Part shown: piece by piece, positions 12,520 to 26,381 of the stretch | Layout: each line of letters begins with the position of its first letter | Numbering within the stretch: position 1 is the first letter of the stretch | NCBI GenBank assembly: GCA_964187785.1 | Contig: OZ076409.1 | Location: forward strand, 44,332,001-44,396,000 | DNA: 64,000 bases | DNA from: Amphiscolops sp. MND2022 | Lineage: Eukaryota | Direction of reading: 5' to 3' | Notes under the pieces: generated by a model | Told to the model about the DNA's origin: nothing | Seen by the model: the letters and a program-made list of their open reading frames with translations, nothing else | Database searches by the model: none | Program-made: the position numbers and the translations under genes

Positions 12520-13253
12520 TAATTATAAACACTTTTTCTCAATGCCAAAAATTACCCAAAAAATAAGCCTGAAACTCGGAAACCACAATTTTTGCAACAA
12601 AGAAAAAGTTTGTTCGGAAAAGTCAAACAAACAGTAAACGAAAATATTCGAGCTCGCAAAACTACTTTTTTCAAGCGCAAATCAGCTACGAAAGTGAAGG
12701 GTACCCTTGGACCAGATGAATGTTTCGGAAAGAAGCAAAGAGCCGGAAAATGCTGAAAAAAACTTCACAACCAGTAGGGAGTTTCATCAGTTCCACAGCG
12801 TCGAAAAACTACAATGCGGTCACCCTCAGGACTTGGGAAACATGTTTCTTTTACAGAAAACCTTATAAACCTAAAAAAGTACTCGGTAGATCGCACAGTG
12901 CCGAAAAAAACAAAACTCAGATATGCTTGCGAAACATTGTGGTTTCTGCTGAAACGAGGGAGTTTGTTTGCAAAGAGGTCTGAAAAAAGTCGCATAGGAC
13001 GAAAGGTTCTAAAGGGGACGCTTCGGTTTTTCCGTACTTTTCCAACATGAAAGTTGTTTGGTTGAGAGCGAGACTCGAGCCCACGTACCCTTGCTTCTAA
13101 CACTTCAGGAAATCCGCGGTAACTACTAGGTCAAGTGGCAGTAAGAAGTTACTTGAAAAGTTGAAGAACTTTTAAAAGATCAGAAGTATCGAAAAAAATA
13201 CTGACGGAAAGTCATGACTGTAGTCGTTCTTTCCTGACGGAAACAGCCGACTG
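12520..13253 (-). mobile_element. Diverged HINE-like copy containing a tRNA-like segment
   Basis: Ends tgactgtagtcg...cagccgact like the H1 terminus; tRNA-like A/B boxes at ~13060-13135. Left boundary approximate. Confidence 0.45.
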
Positions 13254-15251
13254 ATACTTTAGTATGTTAGGTAGTGGTGTCCACATAGCTCAATACCAAA
13301 ACAATGAGGTACTTAGCGTGTTTATAAATTAGGTGTTTCCTTCAAAAATGGGCTCAGATGAATCAAAACTTTTCCGTCGAACTTCTTTGCTTTTACATAG
13401 TGCATTGGCTATTGTTGAGCCTGAAATGTATGTCGTCGTAAAACAGTCTGGCGCGGAAAATATCTCGCTGCTCAACGGGCGTCTTGTTTATTTTCATTAA
13501 TTATTAACATTGTTCCAAAGTTATACTGGAGCTTGCTATAACTAGTTTTCAAGTTAAATTGCCACTTTTTTTGTCAAACAATTAAAGCTGGAAGGTTTTT
13601 GATTTTTTCTGAAGTCGACTTAGCAGAATATAGAAAAGTATCGCAGTGCCTCTACCTTCTTGTTCATTGTTCTTTCGAGCTTGCGGTTTTTGACAAGAAT
13701 TGCCTATGAAATTCAGGCCGATTTTAACAAGCAGACGATAACAGATCTCACACTATATTGCTGACTTTTTATACAAAATTTTCAAGAATACGTTCATGAA
13801 ACATTGGTAAAGCATCTCAAGTGTCCCTTTCCTTACATCAGTCTTAGGATACTTACAAAACGACTGCCTTTGATTTTTTTCAAAATTGCGAGATTTTTAA
13901 CAAGAACTTTTCATAGTTTTCGCCAATCATTCGAAATTTATTCAAGACGTGGTTCAAATGAATTTATTCCATTTGTTCAAAACTGCTGTATTCCAGACGA
14001 AAGCACTGTTGTAATAAACTTCAAAAGCAACCGTATACCACGCATTGTCAATAACGCTGTTCTTAATTGACACAGGTAATAAGTTCAGCTGAACATGTTG
14101 GATGCGATATACTTTAAGAGAACTAAAGCGAGTTCTACTGTGGACACAAATCAGAGCGTTTTTTCCTTGTAGAATTTCCTGATCATCTATAAATTCGAAA
14201 AGTGAAAAGTATTCTCATGGTTTCATTCCAATCGAATTTTGCTGACGATGTCAGTGTCGATGGGCAGTTGGAAACCCAAGTCGGCCTGTATGAACTGACG
14301 TCATCAAAACATGACTTGGGAACGAAACGACCTTAGGCTTGATTAACTGATTATTTTATTCCCTTGGGAAGTTTTTATAATGGACAGATTGTGTGCTACA
14401 TGACTGTTGTAGCAACTTATGGCGTTGAAGCTACTTTTTGTAGTAAAACTGGGAATGCGAAACACGAAAACAATTTATCCAAGCTCAAACAACTTTGATG
14501 AAAAGCAAATCATTTCGCATGAACGAGTAGGGTCTCAGTGAATCATAAGCAAGTCATTAGCAATTGAAAACAAACTGACTACGAAATTTTTTTAAAAATC
14601 ATTTGGACGATAATGCAGATGATCATCCAGTCGCGTAGAGGATTGTAGATAGCATGAAAACACTTCGGTGATGATTTATGATGAAACATAGTTATAATTT
14701 ACAGCCAAACTATATATTTTTTAAAAAAATTTCAACCGATGTTGAGTGCTAAAAAACATCAGAAGGAAGACCTTCGGTATTTTTTGAATTTTACCTGCCC
14801 CAAAATTACAATTTGCATTGCACCCAAATTCCCAGAAAATTACTGAGCAGCGTTTTTTTCCAATTTTATACCCAAATTATGAAGGTTGTTGCACAGAATT
14901 CAACTGCCATAAAATTCGTATGATAAGTATATTTTGAGTTATATTAATTAACTTTTTTTTCGAACAAGTGAATTTTCAAGAGTCTTGAAATGACCCCAAA
15001 AAAACCTAAATTTAAAAATTTACCCATTTTTAAGCAAATTTTGTAGTTCTTGATTCCAAAAAATCGAATCTCCGTTTATATGATGAAACAATGGCTATCC
15101 AACGATGTTTTTAGAAGATAAATTTTTGTTCTCATTCAAAAATGCCATAAAACGGTCGAACCCAACAATCACGTCCCCCTCCCCAAAGGTATCCAATCAA
15201 AATTATTTGAAAGGTATCATCAATTTCTGTACAATTTTTGTCAAAATTACG

Positions 15252-15303
15252 TAGGAAAAACCTCTGCCTAGTTCAAATAGGAAAAACCTCTGCCTAGTTC
15301 AAA
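15252..15303. repeat. Short direct tandem duplication (2 x 26 bp)
   Basis: taggaaaaacctctgcctagttcaaa occurs twice in tandem. Confidence 0.85.
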
Positions 15304-18300
15304 AACAAAACACTTTCATAGGATACCTTTTAAGAGAAATCCGAGGTTTATCATTTCAAAAGTCTCAAAGCGCAAGAACTTTCCTCTTTTTGACATTTTG
15401 CTGCAACTTTTTTGTTTAATTACTTGTTTTGGTGGGCATTACTAAACACGGAGTTCAAATACAAGAAATTTGTCTACTTAGCACTTTTTGAAAAAATGTT
15501 TATCATGCAAAAAGCCTCGAACTGCTCAAGAAGTAAAAATGCCAAGCCAATTTTAGACCATTTTACTATCTTTGTATACTACATGCTTTGTCTGTGCATG
15601 CTTTTTCTGTCTGTAATTATCCAGAGTTCAACAAAATTTCTGTCTACTAAGCATACATTTTTTGCAAACATTCCGTTTTTGCAATCAACGAATTGCGTGA
15701 AATGAACCGGAAGGTGTCAATTTTTTCAATTTTTAGCCACGCAAATAAAAGATGAAGTTCTGTAACTTAGCATACCACAGATTTTTGCCCGATTTATATC
15801 ACGTTAGAAAAAGGCGCGGTTACTCTAGTTCATTCTGAAAAGATTCACTTCTTTTTAGCCTGTACAAGATTCGAGCCCTGCAATCTAGCAAGAAATAAAC
15901 GGGAGAACTGGATTAGTCAAGTTGTAATCTAATACAGTTCAAAATTGAGGGGCAGATAATTGTGAAGAAAACTTGTAGATTGAAAAACGAAAAGATAACT
16001 GCCACCTAGTCACTAGAATGAACTCAATATTGTCTCAATAATACTTTTGCATTCTGTGGAAAATTCAGAATTGTATTTTTTGTTCTTGCAAGCTGTAGAA
16101 AATTTTAGATTTCGAGGGCGGAGAGATTTTCCCAAGAATCTAACTCTATCAGAAAAAGGATTTTTGGTGAATAAGTTCGGTTAGTTATTTCAATCGTGTT
16201 CTCGCTTATCCAAAGTCTCTCCAGTACTCAAGTTGTTCGGCTCTCTTGAATTGACTAAGAAAATTGAAGTAATAATCGAATCACTTTTTATAAAGAAAGT
16301 CAAATCTGGTTCTTTAACAACAATCACTAACCAATTATTCACGATTCAGCCAAATGCGAAGCAGCGCAAAAAAATTTGTTCAAGTTCAATCTCTAGAGCT
16401 AACGACAAACCAGTTCTTATAGCGAAGCCAAGTTTCTTGCCTCCGTCTCGAGGCTCAACTTGCTTGTAGCTCTCAAACTCGGTTGTGTCTCTTCAGTATA
16501 TTCTAATTCCGCCTCAATTATATTTGTTCATCGCACGTGTTTTTGGTGGTAACATCTTCACTTTCTATCATGTTTGACATTTTCGTTACATACAGAGCGT
16601 CGGCGTCTTAAATTTGCATGAGTTTACCTTCATGATTACTATTCCTTTTATGGCAAGGCGAACGCGTCTAATGATATTTCGGCTAACATTCTTTGCCGCC
16701 AACGACAAATAGTTCACATCTTGTCCGAAGTCCACATTTCAATAATAATTCAAGTCGCCTAAGAAATTTCTAATATCGAGAGGATTGCTCAATGACCTTC
16801 AACTACATGGTTTACATGTTCTCTACGTGTAAGGGGTACTTTTCCGTCCTTTTGGGGCGCAATGCCTCGCGAATTCTCTCGCCTGACTGAAATGCATGAA
16901 TTATCGCTTAGCGACGCTGATTTACATGTTTTATCGCAAGTTCTTTCATATGTTCAGGAGTTGCATCTAAAATGACCTTGAGGTCCTTTCATGACCTTGA
17001 AGTTATTTGTCGTCATCCAAAGTTGCTATATGCCAAGTTATACCATCCTAGGGTCAATGGTTCCCGAGTTACATGATATGCGTATCGTTTGTTTACTTAA
17101 GGCGGTTACCCCCGCATGGGTTAGAAATACGGTTTCATTCACGTTATAAATCGACATTGATCACTCCGGTTCGTTTGAGGTATTACAAGCCAAGGTCGAA
17201 TGTCTTTTATCGGTCGGGCTCGCGCGTCCGGTCCCGCGTGCCTTAAGCAAACATTACTTCGAGCGTTGTGGACCAATTTATGTATCTTTCATGTATTTTA
17301 CTTAGGGTTAGTAGGTGAACATCTTGGGTAAGTTTCCTGATCTTCGGGTCATCTGTTGGCTATTCACATAACGTTCGGGGTTTATTTACATAAGGGCCGT
17401 GCTCCTCCTACGCACGTCGTAGGGTTCCGAAAATATGCGCGAACGGCTTAATATCCTATGTGTTATCAATTCCATATATACTATGACTTATTCAGTGTTT
17501 GGTCGACGAGTTCGCAGGGGGGTTGACCTAGGTCACTTCCGGTGCTAATAGCCCAGGACTGGGGAGTCTCGGCTCGGTTCCGTTTTTATAGATCAATAGC
17601 ATAACAGCTCAGGTATACGTGTGCCAAATTTCAAGTCTCTACGATAAATAGTCTTTGAGAAAATCCCGACGTGGGGGGGGGGTTCGCCGATTTTTCCCCT
17701 CTGTTTCCAAAAACTGTCTTAGAATATTTTGGCTCTTAGGCGGGACTTAGCAAAATTCGCTCCCAGAGATCAACTCTGACTTAGCCGAATCGAGTCATTT
17801 CATCGCTGGCGTCACTCGTTAACTTTGTAATTTTGCCTAAGACGTTTCGTTTACTTAAAGTAAATACTTAGTTTGCCAAATAAGCCATATCGAAGCATGC
17901 TTTGTCAGCCTGTTCAGCTGTTTTCACTATTCCGGCGGTCTAAAAACATGATTATCATAGTGCTGTCTATCGTATGTACTTAGCGCAAAAATGATGGGAT
18001 TTCTCTAAAACGCCAAAATTTAAAAATTCCACACAAGCGGAGTTTTTGGCGATGCGAGACTGACCCTTTTCGGCATTCTAGCTCTCGGCCACCTCAACGC
18101 TTTGACTCAACGCCTTGGGAGGGACACCGACTAGTTAGTTGTTCACGGTTTGTTGACTTGCAGACACTGAGTGGTCATATTCAACTATTTTGTTTTTAAC
18201 AGGTGACTTTTGTTTTGGTATTTTCAGAGGATTCCACTAACTACACATTTTAAAAAAGATTTGATTAAGTAGTTTATTTTTGATTTCGAACAACAATCAA

Positions 18301-18447
18301 CTTCGCTGCAATTGGGTTACATGCCAAAAATGCCAGTTGATTACACAATTTGCTTTTGCACAGTTCACAGAAAATCAGACAAATACGTGCTTAAAATTAT
18401 GCTAGTGAAATCCACTGACTAATCAGTGTCGTGCACTTCTATTTTTC

Positions 18448-19312
18448 AACACAGAGGCGAAGCCGTGCTTCGCAAACACTTGCGAAGAAAGTTGCGAACT
18501 TTTGAAGAAACCCAAATAAGCAATATCATACGGAGAGCCAAGGGTAAAAGGACATTGTTAAAATTTCATCAATTTTACGCCGAAAAATCGCGAAGGGATA
18601 CCCATAAACCTTGAAAACAATTCTTCTCCAACTGGAAACAACAGAAAACCCCATCTTTCTCAACCGCAAACCTTTAAAAAATAGTAAATTGAGGGAAAAA
18701 TTTCGAAATTTTTCGAAAATTTTTTTGATGAAGGTCTCCGGCAAGTCGCATAGTGCCGAAAACCTTGAGCAGTGCTTTATGCTCGCAAAACGTTTCGTTT
18801 CTAGTAAAAATTGAGGGGGCTTTGATGAAAACAAATTAGAAAAAAAGTCGCATAGAAAAAACGGCGGTCTTTAAAAAAACAAAAATAGGATATAGCGTGC
18901 TGGGCCTGAGAAAACCTAATTTTAAGACAAAAATTATTCGATTTGAAAAATCTCACAATGCCGAAAACTATAAAAGGGGGATACTTTGAGATTTTTTTTA
19001 ACATTCGTTCTGTTGCAAAATACCAAAAAAAATGAAGAGAGGAATCTTTGGTGCAAAAAAAATTGCGAAAAAAGTCACAAAGTCGAAATAACATGCACAA
19101 AAAATTTTGGTCAAGGGCGAGACTCGAACACACGTCCTTCTGCTTGGCAGACCGGAAAAAATCCTAATTAACCTCTATGCCAAAGGCCAGAAGTTGCGAC
19201 TTGCACGGCCACAAATTCAGACTATGCGACTTGCGGTCTGAAATGAGAGTTGTCGCGCGGAAAAAAAGCACCCGCACTTTCCCATAACACTTGCTTATCG
19301 CAAGTGTAAAAA
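18448..19312 (-). mobile_element. HINE-like element, family H2
   Basis: AACAC-GCGAAGCCGTGCTTCGC hairpin at one end; subterminal inverted repeats ACACTTGCGA / TCGCAAGTGT followed by an A-run at the other. A related head occurs at 23521. Confidence 0.7.
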
Positions 19313-19958
19313 GATTTTTTAGAGGAAAAAAGTTTTTTATTCATAAAGGATATTTTTAATTATTGCACACTTTCAACACAAATCAAAACAGTATTTCAGA
19401 CTAAAATTGCAATTCGCATTAAGATCTAAGCTTAATCTTATTCATGGACAATCGATTTTTCCGATTTTCCGTACAGTACTGAGGCCTTGGAAATGCCCTG
19501 TTTTCTTATAATTGAATATTTAAGTCGAAAATTCTGAATAATAGTTATTAAAAGTTCCCAGAAATAGATCGAGTTGACCCCGGTCTTTATCGCCGAGGTT
19601 CGATTCACATTGAGAGTACAATTTCTTTTTATTTAAACTATTACTATTCATTTAAATGATTACTCCTTCAAATGAATCGCTTTTAAAGGGTGGAGATTTT
19701 ATATGATCATTTAAATAATTCTTTTGTATTATCCTTTAATTGTACAACACTGTAACTAATCAACACAAAAGTGTGTCAGCATCTGTTTATCTCCGTAGCG
19801 TTGCTTCATCGGAAGCCTGCCGGCCTCACATGGTTGGTTTCCAGTATCATTTCAGCAAAAGTACTTTGATTTATTTTCTATTTCAGTGAGAAGTTTCAAG
19901 TGAAATTTCATTCAGTGAAAATAAAAATATATAATCTACTTGCAAGGGAGAGATATAA

Positions 19959-22900
19959 TTAATTAAGATCAGGAAATTGGTTTGTAAATTTCAGCTTCAG
20001 GAAACGCCAATAATTCTTTCGAACGAGATCATCGGCAGTTTCTAGTCGTTCCAACATGGGCAACAGTTCGTCGTTAAACAAGACTTTGCGGGTTTCTAAC
20101 GACTGGTTTTCATCAGCTAACTGTTCTTCGTAGCAATCCATCATGAACAAACACAAGTATGGTGACAAGGGGCTTTTTGGAGGTCGCACGCGCAGCATAT
20201 TGCGCACAAAGGTCAAGATGTCACAGTTGTGAGGGTCCAGCAATTGGTAGCCAGAGATGTTGGGGAGGTTTTGGGTGATGCCTCTCAGGTAGTTCCAAGG
20301 ACTTTCATTGTAGATGTCCAGCTCTATTTTACTCAGAGTGTATATTATTTCACGTTGCAGCACCTCTTCTGTGAAATCTGTAGTTTGGCTGATGACGAAG
20401 TATCTTTGATTCCAAGCAGAATTATTTCGTAAGTCATCTGTAAAAACCATCAATTTCTAACGTGAAAACATTCAAAAGCTGATCAGAAAGCTAGTCATTT
20501 GATTACAACATTAGACAGAGTGAGTTTATGTGAAACTTTTTTGAGCAGTTTACAGCTATTTCTAATTTTTACGGGAAAACAATTTGAAACATATGATAAA
20601 AATGTCCAGGATAATGTATCAGGTCGATTAGCAAAATGTATCGCGGGACTGTTGGCCGAGTAGCTCAATGAAAAGCTAATTGCGCCTATGGCGGGTGCAA
20701 TAAACAGTCGAATGAAACAAACTCAGATAGGTTCAGGGCTGTCAAGTTGTTAGTTAAAAGTAATTTTTAGTCGCCGTTTTCGAAGAAAATCCCGACTCTT
20801 ACAGTGGCTAGTTTTTTTTCGTCAGTTCAACGCGTAACGTCCACTTTTTTGTTCATTTGTTCAACATCTTACTTAGCCGAGGTAAACCCGGATATTACTT
20901 CGAATATATTGTTTCAAAGTTCCCATGGTTCAAAGTTTGGATATAACGTTTTCAAAGTTCGGATATAACGTTTTCAAAGTTCCGACATAACTTTTTTTTC
21001 GGCATTGAGACTCAGTTTTTTGGGCATTGACTTTTTTTTCAATTTTTTTTTCACCAAAAGTGCCCCTCCAATTTTTTTGACGATTATCGACAGAATGGAT
21101 GAAAAATCTAAAAGTGTCCCCTCTGGTGCGCCAATTCGGTTCAACTTTTGGGTTTTTTGGGTGCCGTAGAAGAGAATACTTTGACACTTTTAAGTCCTTT
21201 TGCTGTTTTTGAGCCTTAGATATGGCGCCGACTTGGGCCGTTCCCGGCTTGTTAACTATGACAACAGTTGACTCGCAAAAAACTTATTTGTTCAAAAAGT
21301 TAACAAGACGAGAACGCCTCAAGTCGGCGCTATATCTAAGGCTCAAAAAGCGCAAAACATTTTTTTTTGGAAAAAATCTTGAAATTTTCGAAAAAAATTT
21401 CTTTCGGAAAATGTCGGACAGTGCCGAAAAATGTAAAAGGGGGACCCTTTTTGATTTATAAACACGCATTCTGTAGCAAAATAACAAAAAACTCAAAGGG
21501 GGGACCCTTTGGGGACATTAAAAAAAATTCGAAAAAAAATCTCACAGCGCCGAAAAAAAATCGAAAGGGGGGGGGGGGGGGTTACGAAACTTTAGTCCCG
21601 TCCGGGCTTGTATGTAACGTTTAAAAAGTAAATGAATGCGCTCCCCGTTTGCCTTTAGCGGTCCAGTAGTTTAGTACTTATTTAGTGGTTGAACGTTAAT
21701 TTTAACGTTCGTCGCTTCGAGTCTGTCTTAAATAAAAAAAAAAAAGAAAAAAAACGAGTGACTGTAATAGTCGGGCTTTTTTCTTAAGAAAAACGCCGAC
21801 TAAAAATGAACACCAGCAAACATGTGCAGCCACTTTAAGTTAACAGTACAAGAAGGCCAACTTTCCGGCTGTCTCGATCAGATTTTGACAACTGGACATT
21901 TTTAAGAGACAGAAAACTCTTTGTTTAGAAAATCGTTTTCAGTTCTGATTGATTTCAAAATATTTTAGGGATTGTTTGACACAGGAGACTTTCCAAATCT
22001 GAAAGACAAGTCGAAGTTGAATATTTGAACTATTTTTAAACGTTTGACATTTTTTTAAAACAGGTTAATAACAGTAAATGATGCAAAAGTTAACAAACAA
22101 GTGTTTAACATGACAACCTCAGATGATTTCAAAATTAGATTTTGAAAAAAGCTGTTCCTTGTTGCTCGCCGCTGTTACAGACACAAGCGGAGTTCACAAA
22201 GTAATTTGGTAGATGCAAAACTTTTTAACCATTTATAAGATATTCCACATATTGCAATTCCTTCTCCCAAAGTGAGAATGTCTTTAGCAGCCATTGTCTG
22301 TATTGCCACGCGTGATAGTTTTTGGCATCTTCTTCCAACATTGATTCGACAAACTTAAGTTCTCCAGCAGCGTCGTTCTTCACCTCAATCACCTAAAACA
22401 TAAGTGTCCAAAACCTCGGAAAACTCGCGTGTTTTACAGGAAAGCAAAAACATGAAGAGAACTCAAAGCTACAACAAACGACAAAGACGAACTTTAAAAA
22501 GCTAATTAATTCGGTTGCCTTGTATGTAAATGTATTTCAAAGAAGCGACAATATTAGCAAGCCGGAAACGGCCCAAGTCGGTGCACCGTTCAAACGAAAA
22601 GTTCTTAAATATGCAAAAGGACACTATTCTTAAAATTTCATCAATTTTACAGTGCCAAAAAATACCCGAAGGGATACGCATAAGACTCAAAAACAACTTT
22701 TTCCTCAACTGGAGACAACAAAATCATTTTGCTCAATCGAAACATCTCAAACGAAAAATTGAAGGGAAAATTCGAAATTTTTTCGATTTTTTTCCAGAAA
22801 AGTCTCCAGTAAGTTGCATAGTGCCCTAAGGCCACTAAAACCCTAAGGAGTCCTCTATACTCGCATAACTTTTGGCTTCTGGAAAAATCGAGGGGTCCTT

Positions 22901-25900
22901 CGATAAAAACAAAGTAGAAAAAAGTCACAGTGCCGAAACAATCCGGGAACGGCATAAGTTGGCGCCATATCTAAGGCTCAAACATAGCAAAAAGACTTCA
23001 AAGTGTCTAGTATTCTTTTACAGTACCCAAAAGTTGGACCGAATTGGCGCGCCGGGGGCCCGCTGGCACAGGCCCTTGGCACGCTAAAAGGGGGAACCTA
23101 TCGGATTTTTTAACATCCATTGTTGCAAAACTTCAAAAAACGGAAGGGGGACACTTTCCGATTTTTTAACATCCATTGTTGTAAAACATCAAAACATTGA
23201 AGGGGGACCCTTTGGGGAAAAAGTTTCGGAAAAGTCTCTCAATGCCGGAAAAAACTGAAAGGGGGACACTTTAGTCTCGCCCGGTATTGTGTTACGCGGA
23301 AAAAAGGAAAAACCTTTTTGGTTCATTTCCTTTTTACCAAATGGTTCAATTTGACACCATAAAATTTCGTATAACTTTGTAGAATTATTTTAGCCAGTTC
23401 GTGTGGATTGAAACTTCATGAAGCACAGAGTAAAAACGACTGTCTTGAAAAAAAAACAAAAGTCGGATATACTGTGCTGGTCCACTGAGAAAACCTAACT
23501 TTAAGACAAAAAATATTTTGAACACAGGCGAAGCTGTGCTTCGCAATCATCTGCGAAGAAAGTTGCGAATTTTTGAAGAGAAAACCAAATAAGCAATATC
23601 AGACGGAAAACCAAGGGTTAGGAAGTCGGACAATTTTTTTAACTGATTGATCAATTTAAAACAAGAATGGAACGTCTAAAGTCGGCGCTATACTTAAGGC
23701 TCAAAAAGCGCAGTTTTTAAAATATGCTCCGGATTATTGTTTAATTTTACAATGCCAAAAAATACCCGAAGGGAGAGGCACAAGACTTGAAAACCACTTT
23801 TTCCCCAACTGGAAACAACAAAAAATCTATTTCTTTTGGAAAAATTGGGATTTTTTCTCTCGGAAAGTCTCATAGTACCGAAAAACCCAAAAGGGGATCT
23901 ATTAAACTCGCAAAACTTTTTCCAGCCAAAAACTTTGAAAAAGTGAAGGGGTGCCATTTTAGCGAAAAAACTATGCCGAAAAGAGTCAGTACGTCTCTTG
24001 CACATATATTGAGAAAACTCTCAGTCTCCCAGGACTAAAAAATCAGAGGTTACCGTTAAAACTGGGAAAACGGTTCTGCTCAACCGAAAGCTTCTCAAAC
24101 CAGAGCCGCATATGCGGTAAAGGAGTCAGCTTAAGTCTTTTTCCTTCTGACTCGCTCGAATCAATCCCAGTCATACGAATTTATTGAAATTGCACACATA
24201 GGACCTTAATATGGCGTAGAATGACTGTAGTTTCGTTCGAATCGTATGGACAGTTGTTTAAAAAAATCAAAAAAGTCGAAAAATGGCTTTTTTGGCCATT
24301 TTTGGGCTAATTTTGGCTATGTTTCTCAGTCATACGATTTTGATGCCTTTGCGTACGCAGGGCCCCTTTGGGTGTAGAATGGCTGTGCAAAATTTTATGG
24401 AAATCGTATGAACGCTTTTTGAGAAATTCCAAATTTTCATTGAAAGGTCGGGAGAAAAAAACGACACGATTGCATAAGTAGTCAAAAATTTTTTCCGACT
24501 CCCTAAAAACTAAATGAAAAAAAATCGTTTTGGAAATTTTTCCAAAAAATGTCTCAGGTAAGTCGCATAGTACCGAAAACCCTGCGGAGTCCTGTAAGCT
24601 CGCGGAGTAAAAATCGAGGGGGGCTTCGATGAAAACAAATTAGACAATAGCCGCATAGTACCAAAAAACGCATGTCTCAAAAAAACCAAAATTCTTATAT
24701 AGCGCAATCCCCGCATCCTCCTTAGTGAAACGCAACCTAATTTTACGACAAAAAATATTATTTTGCAAAGCTCACAACTCCAAAAAATGTAAAAAGCAGG
24801 ACCATTTGGGCATTTTTAACATCAAAAATGCCCCCATTCGGGCAAAAAATCAAAAAAATGCAAGAGGTACCCTTTGGAGACATTGAAAAATTTTCGAAAA
24901 AAAGTATCACAGTCGAAAAATCAAAAGGGGGACTCTTTGATCTGGTCCGGTTTTGCAAATGCACAAAAAAGTCTGTACCAAAAAATGGTACATACAGGGT
25001 GAACTCTGTGGTCTGACGAAAAAAACTAGCGACTGTAATAGTCGGGCACTTTTTGTCAAGAAGCGCTGACTAAAAACTGAGTGGAATAGATAAAGAATAT
25101 TTCCAAACATACCGAAGTTCGCGGAGAGGCAATTAGCGTTTCAAAATATATCAACAAATTTACAGCAAAATTTACATTATTTCATTCAACCTGCGCATCT
25201 GTTCAAAATTTAAAATGAATTTTCGTATCTTCAAAAAAGTTACTTCATATTTTGAGTGACAAAATTCCACAAAAAAAAAACGAAACAAGCAAGGAATTAG
25301 GCCCATAAAATAAGCAAATCGCAAGGAGTTCTGTCTATTTACTCGCCCCATCATCGATCACTCCATCATGTTTTGGCTCAATTGAACTAACCTTTTGTCG
25401 GTGAAACCAGACTTGGTAATTTTTGGGATGAGCTTCAATGATTTCGTCAAGGAATGACAACTCGCCATTCAAATCTTTCTGAAGGTCCCGCAGAAGTTTT
25501 CGCCTATAATACCATACGGTGTAGTTGGCCGGATTCAGCTTGGCTGCTTTCTCGGTTAGATCGAAGGCTCTATCTGAGCGCTCATCAGACTGCAAGACAG
25601 CTCTCAAGTAATCATACGTTTCTCGGAACTCATCTGGAATCATGAAAATTTTCTTTCCATAATAATACTAGCAAAAGTACAAAACATCTTCTTTAAAGGT
25701 AAGTCCAATTGTTTGTGATTGATCTTAGATAGCATGGTTAGGTAGAAGGAAGCCAGCGTCATCAAAGAAATTGAGTGTAATGAGACCGAAGTCAAGCATT
25801 TAAAAGACGAATTAGTGAAACTAGTCTAAGGTAGGTCGATGGAAAGTTTCGCCATTTGGATGTTGAAAAAAATGACAAAAACTGTGCTATAGCTCCTTCA

Positions 25901-26307
25901 GAAATTTTCTTACCGGTTGAAAGAAAATCAGATTGCGTAAGGGAGTTCAAATAAGTACCGTGAACTTACAATAAAAAACTTCGCCGACAAAAAATAATTA
26001 ATTATCAACAACTTCCTTGCAGTCGCTTCTTCAAAAACGCTTCTCCGGATTGTAAAAACTGACCTGAATAATTAATTTTGGCAATAGAATGTACTCCATC
26101 GTTCTGTGGCACAGGAACAACGTCCGCCCAACGAGGATCCTCTTTCAGAGACGGAATGTACTTCCCCAAAAAAGCGTCATCGAACAATTGAATGCGGGTA
26201 GACGTGCTGCTGCTGTTAGATTGATTAGATCTAGTGGCTGACTCAGGGGGCTCTTTCAGGTCTCCAGTGGCCTTGATCTGGTTCTCATCACCACTGGCTG
26301 GCTCCAT
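19959..26307 (-). CDS. FNTA: Protein farnesyltransferase/geranylgeranyltransferase type-1 alpha subunit; exons 26307-26064, 25633-25392, 22392-22230, 20437-19959 (375 aa)
   Basis: PFTA repeats [43 protein letters not shown] and YNESPWNY; N-terminal W.DV.PVPQ.DG. All three introns are GT-AG with compatible phases (1, 0, 1); total 1128 nt, in frame. Confidence 0.95.
20764..21253 (+). mobile_element. HINE H1-related copy in FNTA intron 3
   Basis: tttttagtcg start; gcgccgacttgggccgttcccggcttgtt end; internal 21-bp gatataacgttttcaaagttc repeats. Confidence 0.75.
21302..21806 (-). mobile_element. HINE H1-related copy, opposite orientation, FNTA intron 3
   Basis: aacaag...aagtcggcgc start; cgccgactaaaaa end. 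Confidence 0.75.
22556..25076 (-). mobile_element. Cluster of tandem/nested HINE-like copies filling FNTA intron 2
   Basis: Heads at 22556, 23521 and 23660; tails at ~23436, ~24509 (ccgactccctaaaaa, a different family) and 25076. Confidence 0.65.
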
Positions 26308-26381
26308 GGGCCAATCTTGAAAATAGAACATTCATTTAATTGGATGGTTATTACAAAGTTGATTATTAAATATCAATTAAC

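Noticed and set aside
9707..13103. Many short K/F-rich ORFs (e.g. 9707-10009, 11898-12119), also at 18426-19171 and 20930-25110
   Set aside because: They are translations of A/T-run-rich non-coding HINE repeats, with inconsistent frames between copies.
16800..17820. GC-richer block with recurring tgtgccaaatttca-like motifs
   Set aside because: Probably another non-autonomous repeat, but single-copy here with no termini I could define.
19108..19183. Functional tRNA-Gly gene
   Set aside because: Acceptor and anticodon stems do not pair properly, and it lies inside a dispersed repeat.
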